The translations under genes and the position numbers were made by a program. From contig JAUNLZ010000001.1 of assembly GCA_030532005.1 (NCBI GenBank), forward strand, positions 7,242 through 71,241: a stretch of DNA of 64,000 nucleotides. Direction: 5' to 3'. Positions 9,519-19,340 of the stretch are shown here, piece by piece. The notes beneath the pieces were generated by a model. It did no database searches, was not told where the DNA came from, and was given only the letters and a program-made list of their open reading frames with translations. The stretch comes from Porphyromonas sp. (GTDB lineage: Bacteria > Bacteroidota > Bacteroidia > Bacteroidales > Porphyromonadaceae). Positions within the stretch are counted from its first letter, which is position 1, and every line of letters begins with the position of its first letter.

Positions 9519-10654
9519 TACTGCAACAAGAGGGCATAAGAGTGGGCGAGACCCTATTGCACGACGATATATACCTGCTCCCCGACACATTGGTCGTTGC
9601 CCTCCAACCCGACCGTAGGGTGGCCTCCACCTCCGTACTCAATGGCGGTTGCCGCGAGGGGATGCGGTACCTATACAACCACTCCTACAGTCGCTCCCCT
9701 TTGGTACAGCATAAGATCAATACCAAGATGGCCGCCCCCAACCTGTTCCAGCACTACAAAGAACTGACCCGGCAGTTGCAACTCCCCGTAGAGCAGACGG
9801 TAGCAATGGGTACCGCCGCCAAATTAGAGCATAGGGCGCAAGTGCAATGCGACCAACAGAACTTGGGCGTCCAAGCGATTGTGACGGCAGGTATAGACTA
9901 CAATGGCGGACGAGCCGGCGACCCACCCTCTTATGACGAAAGGACGGGGGAGAATCTGATGCCGGCTCCCGGTACCATCAACACCATGCTCTTCATTGAT
10001 GCCGCACTCTCGCCCGGAGTACTCGTACAAGCATTGATGACCGCAACCGAGGCCAAAGCCGCCGCTCTACAAGAATTGCAAGCCGGCAGTCACTACTCCA
10101 ACGGCATAGCCACCGGTTCCGGTACAGATACCATTATGGTTGTTTCAAACACCGCCTCCGATTGCTCCCTGTACGACGCCGGACAACATTCTCTATTGGG
10201 TTCCAAGATCGGGCAAATCATCATTGCCGCAACCAAACAAGCCCTTGCCTACGGCGGCGAGGGAATGACCCCGGAGCGACAGGGCACCCTCCTTTGGCAA
10301 GGCTACCGCTACGGGATTACTCCCGAAACCCTCACACAAATCTACTGCCAACAGAATCAAACCCCGCTCCCTACCGCACAGGTCACACAGTTGATGAACG
10401 ACAGAGAGGTGATGGCCTACATCGCCCCACTCCTACATCTAATGGATCAAAGAACTTGGGGACTCCTACCGGCACACGCCTTTCAAGATAGATTCGATAC
10501 CTACCTTAACCATCTGCGACACCTCCCATATCCCCCCGACCTGATCCAAGCCCTCACCATCCTCCTCAAAGGGGTCGCCGACACCGCCACCCACTCCCAC
10601 TACTCTATCCGAGGATCTTTGCCGCCCCTCGGCCAAACCCTTAATGATTGGTAA
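9515..10654 (+). CDS. cbiZ: Adenosylcobinamide amidohydrolase family
   Basis: STSVLNGG, MGTAA, VTAGI...NGGRAGDP, GTINT, TATEAKAAAL, ATGSGTD; TTG start overlaps the dgkA stop. Confidence 0.8.
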   Translation: MILQQEGIRVGETLLHDDIYLLPDTLVVALQPDRRVASTSVLNGGCREGMRYLYNHSYSRSPLVQHKINTKMAAPNLFQHYKELTRQLQLPVEQTVAMGTAAKLEHRAQVQCDQQNLGVQAIVTAGIDYNGGRAGDPPSYDERTGENLMPAPGTINTMLFIDAALSPGVLVQALMTATEAKAAALQELQAGSHYSNGIATGSGTDTIMVVSNTASDCSLYDAGQHSLLGSKIGQIIIAATKQALAYGGEGMTPERQGTLLWQGYRYGITPETLTQIYCQQNQTPLPTAQVTQLMNDREVMAYIAPLLHLMDQRTWGLLPAHAFQDRFDTYLNHLRHLPYPPDLIQALTILLKGVADTATHSHYSIRGSLPPLGQTLNDW

Positions 10655-10695
10655 AAGGAAGGTGGTTCGCGTGGTAATGGCTTAGTTTTTTTGTG

Positions 10696-10703
10696 TATAT
10701 TTG
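10696..10703 (+). promoter_or_regulatory. Bacteroidetes -7 promoter element (TATATTTG)
   Basis: Matches TAnnTTTG, 27 nt upstream of the 10731 ATG in an AT-rich gap. Confidence 0.6.
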
Positions 10704-10730
10704 TCAGTATTCTTAATTTGACCAAAAGAA

Positions 10731-11816
10731 ATGAAGCGATACCATATATATACCCTCTTGGCATTGTTGACCGCCTTTGCACAAATGGCGTCGGCACAAA
10801 AGGTGGAACTATACAGTGTAGGGGCTCTCAATGACAATCGATTGGTCTACGCTCTCCCGACAACAATGATTTCAATTGCTGTCACGTCGGACGTTATCAA
10901 GGAGGAGCCGGGACCTTTGTCATTGTATGCCGAACGTTTCTTAGGCACTCAAGATGCGGTGATGGAGCCTGCCGAGCGGTACCGTCTCAAAGAGGTATCC
11001 ATTTTTCCTCAAGGTATAGCGGATGAGGAACAACGGTACGCCATCGAATTTAAACGCAATAGCGAGGCTACCAATGTGGCGTTGACACCCGACGGGATAT
11101 TGGTGGGAATCAACATAGAAGAGGTGGAGGCGATTGCCCAACCTACCGACGTACTACCGGATCCCAACGGTTGGGATCTGTCATTTGACGCCGCATTCCC
11201 ATTGGAATATATCCAGGCGACAACGGCGGCGGCCAAGGCACGTATCTTGGCGGACAATATCTATCGCATCCGCGAAAACCGCGATCTTGTCATCAGCGGA
11301 GAGAGCGAACAACCTTTTGCAGACGGCGAAGCGTTGCAGTTTGCAGTCCATCGCTTGGATCAACAGGAGCGTGCTTATGTACGCCAATTCAACGGCATCA
11401 AAGCGTCACAGACCGCCGTACAGGTTGTAGACCGCTTGTCTCCCACCGAGACGGGACAAAGAGTGGTGGCACGCTTCTCGGAACAGTTGGGCTTATTGCC
11501 GGCAGACGATCTGAGGGGCGAACCCATTTACTTAGACATCAAAATAATAGAACAAGCGGCCGTACTCGACGAAAAAGAGCAACAGCGGTTGGAGCGTCGC
11601 TTGAAAAAAGGGATCGTCTACCGCATCCCCGGTAGCGTCCGCGCCTCTGTCATTTATAAGGGGCAAACCTGGAGTACCCGACAACTTCCGGTGGCACAGT
11701 TAGGGTCATTGGAAGCACTTGATATGGTACTCTTCAACACCAAAGGAAAAACCACAGTGGTGGAGATTTACCCTACCAACGGCGGACTAAAGTCGGTAAG
11801 GGAAGCTGACCAATAA
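10731..11816 (+). CDS. Exported DUF4831-like protein
   Basis: Signal peptide; LVYALP, PGPLSLYAERFLG, IYRIRENR, GIVYRIPG, VAQLG. Confidence 0.72.
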   Translation: MKRYHIYTLLALLTAFAQMASAQKVELYSVGALNDNRLVYALPTTMISIAVTSDVIKEEPGPLSLYAERFLGTQDAVMEPAERYRLKEVSIFPQGIADEEQRYAIEFKRNSEATNVALTPDGILVGINIEEVEAIAQPTDVLPDPNGWDLSFDAAFPLEYIQATTAAAKARILADNIYRIRENRDLVISGESEQPFADGEALQFAVHRLDQQERAYVRQFNGIKASQTAVQVVDRLSPTETGQRVVARFSEQLGLLPADDLRGEPIYLDIKIIEQAAVLDEKEQQRLERRLKKGIVYRIPGSVRASVIYKGQTWSTRQLPVAQLGSLEALDMVLFNTKGKTTVVEIYPTNGGLKSVREADQ

Positions 11817-11883
11817 TCGGTCTTGTGAGAGTAGACAACAATTAACAACTCAAATATTAACTGATAGACAAAAGCTTAACAAC

Positions 11884-13437
11884 ATGTTCAAAGATCATCC
11901 AAAAGGATTGATACCTGCGGCACTCTCCAATATGGGAGAGCGTTTCGGGTACTACATTATGAATGCGGTGCTTCTGCTCTTCTTGGTTTCCAAGTTTGGT
12001 ATTAGCGACCAATGGAGCGGAGTCATCTACTCCGTATTTTATGCCCTAATCTACGTACTCAGCTTAGTCGGCGGTATCGTTGCAGACCGGAGAAACAACT
12101 ACAAGTCGGTTATCATGACCGGTCTGATTATTATGGCATTGGGTTATGTACTACTTTCCATTCCTATCACCTCTACGTCAGCCAATATCTCTTGGTTGCT
12201 GCCCTTTACCTGCGTATCGCTGTTGCTGATTGCATTTGGTAACGGTCTATTTAAGGGTAACCTGCAAGCTATTGTAGGACAGATGTACGATAACCTCGAA
12301 GCAGAGGCGGCTCTGAAAGGCCCCGAAGAGCTCCGTATCGCAAGGACCAAGCGCGACTCCGGCTTCCAGATCTTTTACGTATTCATCAACATCGGTGGTT
12401 TGATCGCTCCATTCGTAGCCCCATTGCTCCGCAGCTGGTGGCTCAATAAGAATGGTTTGGCTTACAATGCCGGTCTGCCCGAGCTTTGTCACAAGCTGAT
12501 CAACGGTGTCTCAATGACCGTTGACGAGACTGCCAACTTGGCAAAGTGGACCGCAGAAGTAGGCGGTACAATTCCTACCCCCGAGTTCTGTCAAAACTAC
12601 CTTGAGGTCTTCAATACCGGTGTGCACTACTCCTTTATCGCATCCGTCATAGCTATGCTGATCTCTTTGGTGATCTTTATTTCTACACGTCGTCTTTATC
12701 CCGAACCACCTAAGAAGGTACAGACCGAAAACGAGGGTTATACTCCTGAGGAGAAAGCGGCCATGGCAGGCGAGATCAAGCAACGTCTTTACGCACTTTT
12801 CGCAGTGCTTGGCGTAGCGGTATTCTTCTGGTTCTCATTCCACCAAAACGGTCAGTCGCTCTCCGTCTTTGCACGCGACTTCATCAAGACCAGTGCTATT
12901 CCGCCTGAGATTTGGCAGGCTGTCAATCCATTCTTCGTGATTGTGTTGACTCCAATCGTGATGGCTGTATTCGGTTCGCTCGCACGTAGAGGCAAAAACA
13001 TCTCTACCCCGCGTAAAATTGCGTACGGTATGCTGATTGCCGCCACCGCTTACATCTTCTTGCTGGCCGTTTCGGTTTACTACAACTACCCATCCGGTAC
13101 AGAGTTCCGCGCTATGGGCGCCGACACACAAGAGGCGATGAAAGCCGGTCCTTGGGTGCTGATTGTGACTTACTTCTTCCTCACCTTGGCAGAGCTGTTT
13201 ATCTCACCATTGGGACTCTCGTTTGTCTCCAAGGTGGCGCCAAAGCATCTGCAAGGCCTTTGCCAAGGCTTGTGGCTCACCGCTACCGCTCTCGGTAACC
13301 TCCTCATCTGGCTCGGCCCTGTGATGTACAACAAGTGGCCTCTATGGGTTGGTTGGACCGTCTTTGCCGCCGTTTGTATCGTCTCGATGGGCATCATGCT
13401 CTCGATGGTGAAGTGGTTAGAGCGTGTGACTCAATAA
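11884..13437 (+). CDS. Proton-dependent oligopeptide transporter (POT/PTR, MFS)
   Basis: HPKGL, NMGERFGYY (ExxERF variant), GNGLFKGN, FQIFYVFINIG, AELFISPLGLS. Confidence 0.93.
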   Translation: MFKDHPKGLIPAALSNMGERFGYYIMNAVLLLFLVSKFGISDQWSGVIYSVFYALIYVLSLVGGIVADRRNNYKSVIMTGLIIMALGYVLLSIPITSTSANISWLLPFTCVSLLLIAFGNGLFKGNLQAIVGQMYDNLEAEAALKGPEELRIARTKRDSGFQIFYVFINIGGLIAPFVAPLLRSWWLNKNGLAYNAGLPELCHKLINGVSMTVDETANLAKWTAEVGGTIPTPEFCQNYLEVFNTGVHYSFIASVIAMLISLVIFISTRRLYPEPPKKVQTENEGYTPEEKAAMAGEIKQRLYALFAVLGVAVFFWFSFHQNGQSLSVFARDFIKTSAIPPEIWQAVNPFFVIVLTPIVMAVFGSLARRGKNISTPRKIAYGMLIAATAYIFLLAVSVYYNYPSGTEFRAMGADTQEAMKAGPWVLIVTYFFLTLAELFISPLGLSFVSKVAPKHLQGLCQGLWLTATALGNLLIWLGPVMYNKWPLWVGWTVFAAVCIVSMGIMLSMVKWLERVTQ

Positions 13438-13461
13438 TAACCGACCGATAACTGACGGGTA

Positions 13462-13773
13462 ATGCACAAACAAAAGCTATTCGGACATAAGCGGGCACTC
13501 CGGTTCACACGTTGGAGCCGGAATGCCGCCGCTTCTTTCCACTCCTTGGGCAATGTGGTCAACATCGGTCGACTCCGTGCCAATGTGGTAGAGCGGATTT
13601 CGCTCAAATGCTCCAAAGCTCTAAGGGCGCTCCTATCCGATGCTGTAGAGATCGTGACGGGTCGGTATACAGAGGACGATCGCCCCATGGACAGTGCATC
13701 GTGGCCCTACGAGTTGATGCTCTTACTTCCTGTGACGGCAACAACTGACACTAAGGCTGCACAACCCGTCTAA
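13462..13773 (+). CDS. Small leader ORF upstream of the biotin operon (hypothetical, possibly regulatory)
   Basis: 103-aa ATG ORF filling the gap between the transporter and bioB; basic/aromatic N-terminus LRFTRWSRNAAASFHSLGNVVNIGRL. Confidence 0.6.
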   Translation: MHKQKLFGHKRALRFTRWSRNAAASFHSLGNVVNIGRLRANVVERISLKCSKALRALLSDAVEIVTGRYTEDDRPMDSASWPYELMLLLPVTATTDTKAAQPV

Positions 13774-13790
13774 ACACCTATTATAGTTAA

Positions 13791-13829
13791 GGGTGCCGAG
13801 GCTTCATACGCCTCAGCACCCCTTTTTTT
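13791..13829 (+). terminator. Intrinsic terminator between the leader ORF and bioB (candidate attenuator)
   Basis: GGGTGC-C-GAGGC / TTCATAC loop / GCCTC-A-GCACCC, then C and T7. Confidence 0.8.
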
Positions 13830-13841
13830 ATATTATAACCG

Positions 13842-14819
13842 ATGAATATTGCGGAAAGAATCATAGGCGGCGAAAGACTCACATCGCCCGATGAGATATT
13901 AAGAATCGTTGAGGAGACACATAGAGAGGAGCTCTACGAAGCGTGCCACCGTATCACCCGGACACTATGCGGTTCGGCCTTTGACACCTGCTCCATCATT
14001 AACGTCAAGAGCGGGCGTTGCAGCGAAGATTGCCACTGGTGTACCCAGAGCGGGCACTACCGGACAGAGAGCGACAGTTACCCAATCTTGCCCGATGATG
14101 AAGTGCTTGCCTTGGCAAAGCACAACGACAGCGTCGGAATCAAGCGGTACAGTTTGGTGGCGAGCGGCAAACGTCCCACCGAGAGCGAAGTCAAACGGTA
14201 CATTATGATGTATCGCGCTATCGGCCAAGCCACCAAGTTGGAGATGTGCGCCTCCTTAGGGCTTGCCACAAAAGAGGCGCTGCAACAACTCAAGGAGGCG
14301 GGTTGCACCACTTACCATTGCAATATGGAGAGCGCTCCGAGCCATTTCCACAAACTTTGCTCCACCCACACCCAAGCCGAGAAAGAACAAACCCTCAAGT
14401 ATGCTCAAGAGGTGGGTATGCGACGGTGCAGTGGAGGCATCATCGGAATGGGCGAGACTCGCCGGCAACGGGTAGAGTTTGCACTGTACTTGGCATCAAT
14501 GGGCATCGAGAGTATCCCGATAAATATCCTCCACCCTATGCCGGGAACGCCACTCCAAAATCAAGAACTATTGTCGCCCGACGAGGTCCTTTTGGCATTC
14601 TGTATATTCCGATTAGCCAACCCCACAGCCTTTTTACGTTTCAGCGGCGGCCGAGCGTTGCTAAGCGCCGAGGTACAGCAAAAGGGGCTCTACATCGGCA
14701 TCAACGCTGCCATCACCGGCGGCTTGCTGACCACCACCGCTTCCATAGCCGAGAGAGATATGGAGCTGTTTACCTCTGCAGGTTACGATGTCAATACACC
14801 CACCACTTGGGACGAATAA
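13842..14819 (+). CDS. bioB: Biotin synthase
   Basis: Radical SAM motif [43 protein letters not shown]. Confidence 0.95.
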   Translation: MNIAERIIGGERLTSPDEILRIVEETHREELYEACHRITRTLCGSAFDTCSIINVKSGRCSEDCHWCTQSGHYRTESDSYPILPDDEVLALAKHNDSVGIKRYSLVASGKRPTESEVKRYIMMYRAIGQATKLEMCASLGLATKEALQQLKEAGCTTYHCNMESAPSHFHKLCSTHTQAEKEQTLKYAQEVGMRRCSGGIIGMGETRRQRVEFALYLASMGIESIPINILHPMPGTPLQNQELLSPDEVLLAFCIFRLANPTAFLRFSGGRALLSAEVQQKGLYIGINAAITGGLLTTTASIAERDMELFTSAGYDVNTPTTWDE

Positions 14820-14823
14820 CGTT

Positions 14824-16110
14824 ATGATGACTACCGAAGAACTATTACAGTGGGACCGCCAACATCTGTGGCATCCCTATACCTCTACCATTGATCCGCT
14901 ACAAGTCTACCCCGTCAAGAGTGCCAAAGGTTGTACCATCACTCTCGAAGACGGTACACAATTGATCGACGGTATGAGCTCGTGGTGGGCGGCGCTTCAC
15001 GGCTACAATGTCCCCGAACTCAATGAGGCCGCCACCGCACAACTCCAAGAGATGTCACACGTGATGTTTGGGGGTCTGACGCACCGCCCCGCAGTTGAGT
15101 TGGCAAAACTATTGGTGGAGAAGATACTGCCCGAGGGTATGGATCAACTCTTTTATGCCGATAGCGGTTCGGTTGCCGTAGAGGTTGCCCTCAAGATGGC
15201 GATACAGCACCGCCAGTCGGTCGGTCTTCGTCACAAGCGGCACTTCGTCAGCATCCGCAGCGGCTACCACGGAGACACTTGGCACGCTATGTCGGTGTGC
15301 GATCCCGAAACCAGTATGCACAGTTACTTCGCGGGCACACTGCCGGTACAGTACTTCGTGCCGCAACCCAAGAGCCGATTTGGCGGCAGCTGGGATCCGG
15401 AAGACCTACGCCCAATGGAAGCGCTGCTCGATACCCACGGCGATGAGATTGCCGCCATCATAGTCGAACCGATAGTACAAGGAGCCGGCGGCATGTACTT
15501 TTATCACGCCGAGTACCTCAATCGGCTCCGACAGTTGGCAGACCACTACAACTGCCTGCTGATCTTTGACGAGATAGCCACCGGCTTCGGACGCACCGGA
15601 CAGTTGCTCGCCACCTATCATACCGACATCACACCCGATATCATCTGCATAGGCAAGAGCCTGACGGGCGGATATATGACCCTCTCCGCCGTAGCTACCA
15701 CCAAGGCGATTGCCGATACCATCTGCGGAGGAGAGGCGGGATGCTTTATGCACGGCCCCACCTTTATGGGCAACCCTTTGGCCTGTGCCGTAGCCAAACG
15801 ATCCATCGAGCTGCTACTCTCCAAGGAGTGGCAAAAGAGAGTGGCGGAAATAGAGTCGCAGTTGCAAACCGGCTTGGCGCCCCTCGCCGCCCACCCCGAT
15901 GTGCAGGAGGTACGAGTACTTGGCGCCATAGGCGTGGTAGAGATGAAAGCGCCGGTAGATATGGCCACACTGATACCCAAGTTTGTGAGAGAGGGGATCT
16001 GGGTCAGGCCATTTGGCAAGTTGGTCTATCTGATGCCGCCATTCCTCGCCATCACCGACGAAGAGCTGCAAAAACTGATCACAGGACTGATCCATGTCAT
16101 CAACGATTGA
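14824..16110 (+). CDS. bioA: Adenosylmethionine-8-amino-7-oxononanoate aminotransferase
   Basis: [52 protein letters not shown]; ATG 14824 preferred. Confidence 0.95.
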   Translation: MMTTEELLQWDRQHLWHPYTSTIDPLQVYPVKSAKGCTITLEDGTQLIDGMSSWWAALHGYNVPELNEAATAQLQEMSHVMFGGLTHRPAVELAKLLVEKILPEGMDQLFYADSGSVAVEVALKMAIQHRQSVGLRHKRHFVSIRSGYHGDTWHAMSVCDPETSMHSYFAGTLPVQYFVPQPKSRFGGSWDPEDLRPMEALLDTHGDEIAAIIVEPIVQGAGGMYFYHAEYLNRLRQLADHYNCLLIFDEIATGFGRTGQLLATYHTDITPDIICIGKSLTGGYMTLSAVATTKAIADTICGGEAGCFMHGPTFMGNPLACAVAKRSIELLLSKEWQKRVAEIESQLQTGLAPLAAHPDVQEVRVLGAIGVVEMKAPVDMATLIPKFVREGIWVRPFGKLVYLMPPFLAITDEELQKLITGLIHVIND

Positions 16111-17239
16111 CAGATACCGCGAAGCGCTCCAAGCGTGCCAAGCACAAGGCACCTACCGCACCATTCCGCATCTGCAACCCGACGGCAAGTATGTAACGGT
16201 CGGCGGTCAGCGGCTGCTCAACCTCAATAGCAACGACTACTTGGGATTGTTGGAGGAGCGACAATTGTGGCAAACTTTCGTCGATACCCAAGCGGCAGCT
16301 CTACATCCCTCCAGTGCATCCTCACGTCTGTTGACCGGCAATAGCCGCTCCGCCGATCACTTTGAGACCGATTTGCAACAGGCATACCACACGGAGAGCG
16401 CCCTTCTGTGGGATAGCGGTTACCACGCCAATAGCGGCATCCTACCGGTCTTGTCGCTCCCCGGTACACTGATTGTTGCCGACAAATTGGTGCACGCCAG
16501 CATCATAGACGGCATCCGCCTTTCGGGAGCGCCCTTCCTTCGGTTCCGACACAATGACCTCACCCACCTCCAAAGCATACTCTCAAAGTATGCCAACGAC
16601 TACCAAACGGTGTGGGTGGTGACCGAAAGCCTTTTCAGTATGGACGGAGACTTCGCCCCATTGCAGGAGATCGTCGCACTCAAAGAGAGCTATCCACACC
16701 TATATATATATGTGGACGAAGCTCACGCTGTCGGAGTGTACGGAGACGAAGGACTCGGCATCGCTGCCGAGAAAGGCCTGACCGATAGAGTCGACCTACT
16801 CATCGGCACCTTGGGCAAAGCATTAGGGTCGGTAGGCGCTTATTCCTTACAGAGCGATACCCTGAGACAACTCTTGGTGAGCCGAGCCAGATCACTGATA
16901 TTCACCACCGCTCTCCCCGAAATCACGGTGGCTTGGAGCCGCTACCTATTCAACCAAGTAAGAGAGATGAGGGAGCGAAGAGAGTATCTCGGTCAACTGC
17001 TCCGGCTCTTTACCCAAGAGAGCGGCATCGCGGCAACATCGCAAATCATACCCATCGTCATACCGGGCGAAAAGGAGGTAACAAAGGCGGCAGAGCTATT
17101 TGGAGCGGCCGGTTACTACATCCGCCCGATACGCAAGCCGACCGTACCTGCAGGGAGCGAAAGGCTACGCATCTCGCTTACCTCGGCGATGACAACGACC
17201 GAAGTGACAGATATAGCAAGACTATGCAGACAGATATAA
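16094..17239 (+). CDS. bioF: 8-amino-7-oxononanoate synthase
   Basis: [51 protein letters not shown]. Confidence 0.95.
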   Translation: MSSTIDRYREALQACQAQGTYRTIPHLQPDGKYVTVGGQRLLNLNSNDYLGLLEERQLWQTFVDTQAAALHPSSASSRLLTGNSRSADHFETDLQQAYHTESALLWDSGYHANSGILPVLSLPGTLIVADKLVHASIIDGIRLSGAPFLRFRHNDLTHLQSILSKYANDYQTVWVVTESLFSMDGDFAPLQEIVALKESYPHLYIYVDEAHAVGVYGDEGLGIAAEKGLTDRVDLLIGTLGKALGSVGAYSLQSDTLRQLLVSRARSLIFTTALPEITVAWSRYLFNQVREMRERREYLGQLLRLFTQESGIAATSQIIPIVIPGEKEVTKAAELFGAAGYYIRPIRKPTVPAGSERLRISLTSAMTTTEVTDIARLCRQI

Positions 17240-17895
17240 TACATCAAGCGGGCAATGACCGCCTGCTGATCTTTTTTACCGGCTGGGGTACCACACCGGA
17301 GGTGGCGCGGCATTTAGAGTTGCCCAAGGGGTGCGACTACCTCACCGCCTACGATTATAGAGAGATTGCCCCCACCGACCTTCCTCCATTGACCTCCTAC
17401 CAAGAAGTCTATATGGTGGCGTGGAGTATGGGGGTTTGGGCTATGGATCAATTGGCCGCGGCACTGCCCCGACCGACCGTAGCGGTGGCGATCAACGGCA
17501 CTCCCATGCCGATGCACGATCTTTACGGTATCCCGGACCACATATTCAGAGGCACCCTCCAAGGTTTGGACGACGCCAATAGGCAGCGTTTTAACCGCCG
17601 CATGTGTGGCGGGAAAAAGTTATTGGCCGTTTACAACACCTTCGCCGCCCGCTCCACCGAGGATCTCAAAGCCGAACTCTATGGTACCTACCTACAAGTC
17701 AAAGATCTGCCCGAAGAGACACCGCCGCAACTGAGCTGGAGCAAAGCCATAGTAAGCGGCAAAGACCTGATTGTCCCTACAGCCAATCAACTGCGATACT
17801 GGGAGCGGCACGGTGTACCCTGTCGGACACTCGCCGGCGCCGGACACTATCCTTTGATGGAATACCGCAGTTGGGAAGAAATTTTAGACTTATGA
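17224..17895 (+). CDS. bioG: Pimeloyl-ACP methyl ester esterase, DUF452/BioG type
   Basis: LLIFFTGWG, YDYR, AWSMGVW nucleophile elbow, AINGT, HYP; lies between bioF and bioC; true start ATG 17224. Confidence 0.85.
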   Translation: MQTDIIHQAGNDRLLIFFTGWGTTPEVARHLELPKGCDYLTAYDYREIAPTDLPPLTSYQEVYMVAWSMGVWAMDQLAAALPRPTVAVAINGTPMPMHDLYGIPDHIFRGTLQGLDDANRQRFNRRMCGGKKLLAVYNTFAARSTEDLKAELYGTYLQVKDLPEETPPQLSWSKAIVSGKDLIVPTANQLRYWERHGVPCRTLAGAGHYPLMEYRSWEEILDL

Positions 17896-18656
17896 CCGTA
17901 GATCAAAAGATACTGGTACAACGTTTCGGCAAAGCGCTCACCACTTACGACAGGGCCGCAACACCCCAACAATCGGTGGCACACCGATTGGTCGAGATGC
18001 TGACAGAGCATATCTCTACACCTCCAACCGAGGTGCTGGAAATCGGATGTGGCTCCGGTATATTTACCCAAGCGCTGTCACGGCACTTTGCCGCTGCACG
18101 TCTGACGGTCAATGATTTGGTGCCCGATGCCGAGAGCATAATTCGGCAAAAGCTACCCGATACCAACCTCACCTTTTTTGCAGGCGATGCCGAGACTTTG
18201 CCTTGGGGCGGCGGATATCAACTGATCACCTCGAGTAGCTGCGTACAGTGGTGGCAAGATCCCGCCTCCTTTATCGACAAAGCCTACGACAGCCTGGCTC
18301 CCGACGGCTGGTTGGCCCTCTCCACCTATCTTCCCGACAATCTGTATCAGTTACGACATATCTCGCCCCAAACACTCCAATACCCCGATAGCTCCGCCTA
18401 CCTCCAACGTTTATCTCGGTTTGAGCGGAGTGAGTGGCGCCAAGAAGAGATCACACTCCATTTCTCCGGTCTGCTCCCCCTTTTGAAGCACCTCAAGGAG
18501 ACCGGCACCAATGCCTTTACATACACCCACCAAGGGGTGTGGTCTCCGTCACGCATAACGAAAGCCGAGGAGCGGATGCGAAAGAGCTTGGGGATAGATG
18601 ACCTTGCTCCACTGCCCCTCACTTACAAAGCACTCTTAATCATAGCACAAAAATAA
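17892..18656 (+). CDS. bioC: Malonyl-ACP O-methyltransferase
   Basis: RFGKALTTYD, LEIGCGSG SAM motif, GDAE, VQW, LKHLKETG; true start ATG 17892. Confidence 0.9.
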   Translation: MTVDQKILVQRFGKALTTYDRAATPQQSVAHRLVEMLTEHISTPPTEVLEIGCGSGIFTQALSRHFAAARLTVNDLVPDAESIIRQKLPDTNLTFFAGDAETLPWGGGYQLITSSSCVQWWQDPASFIDKAYDSLAPDGWLALSTYLPDNLYQLRHISPQTLQYPDSSAYLQRLSRFERSEWRQEEITLHFSGLLPLLKHLKETGTNAFTYTHQGVWSPSRITKAEERMRKSLGIDDLAPLPLTYKALLIIAQK

Positions 18657-18662
18657 TCAGAC

Positions 18663-19325
18663 ATGAAGCTCTCAGAGATTTTAACGGCACCTGTACACTT
18701 TGTTTCCGGTATCGATACCGATGCAGGTAAAACCATTGCCACCGGATGGGTGAGCCGACAACTCCTCAGCCAAGGGGTCAACGTCATCACACAGAAATTG
18801 GTTCAGACCGGTTGCAAGGAGATGAGCGACGATATCCTTGTCCACCGAAAGATTGAAGGACGAGCGCTCTTGCCCGAGGATCAAAACCATACCACCCACC
18901 CGATACTCTTTGACAAACCGGCATCACCCCACATTGCCGCCGAACTGCAAGGCAAAACCATAGACATATCTTTGGCAACGGCGGCAACTCGGCAGCTGAT
19001 GCAAAAGTACGACCAAGTATTGGTAGAGGGTGCCGGCGGACTGATGGTACCGATCACAAGGCAACTACTCACCATCGATTATATAACCGAGCAAAGACTG
19101 CCGGTCATTTTGGTTACCACCGCCCAACTTGGGAGTATCAACCACACTTTATTGAGTTTGGAAGCGTTGGCCAACCGAAAGATCGAGATCCCCTTGGTCA
19201 TCTACAATCAAGGACTCACCTACGATCCTATAGTAACGGAAGACAGTCGCCAATACATAGAGGCCTACATCGGCGAACACTACCCCGGAACCCACTTCGC
19301 TGTGATGGACCGTCTCGAACTATAA
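18663..19325 (+). CDS. bioD: Dethiobiotin synthase
   Basis: SGIDTDAGKT, KLVQTG, PASPH, VEGAGGLMVP, LGSINHTLL. Confidence 0.95.
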   Translation: MKLSEILTAPVHFVSGIDTDAGKTIATGWVSRQLLSQGVNVITQKLVQTGCKEMSDDILVHRKIEGRALLPEDQNHTTHPILFDKPASPHIAAELQGKTIDISLATAATRQLMQKYDQVLVEGAGGLMVPITRQLLTIDYITEQRLPVILVTTAQLGSINHTLLSLEALANRKIEIPLVIYNQGLTYDPIVTEDSRQYIEAYIGEHYPGTHFAVMDRLEL

Positions 19326-19340
19326 CCCCAAGACGATACG

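Noticed and set aside
16933-17891. Long N-terminal extensions of bioG and bioC in the ORF track (also bioA, the S24 repressor, dsbD, nlpE, nusA)
   Set aside because: The extensions overlap upstream genes or intergenic DNA. Downstream ATGs fit family N-termini and translational coupling.
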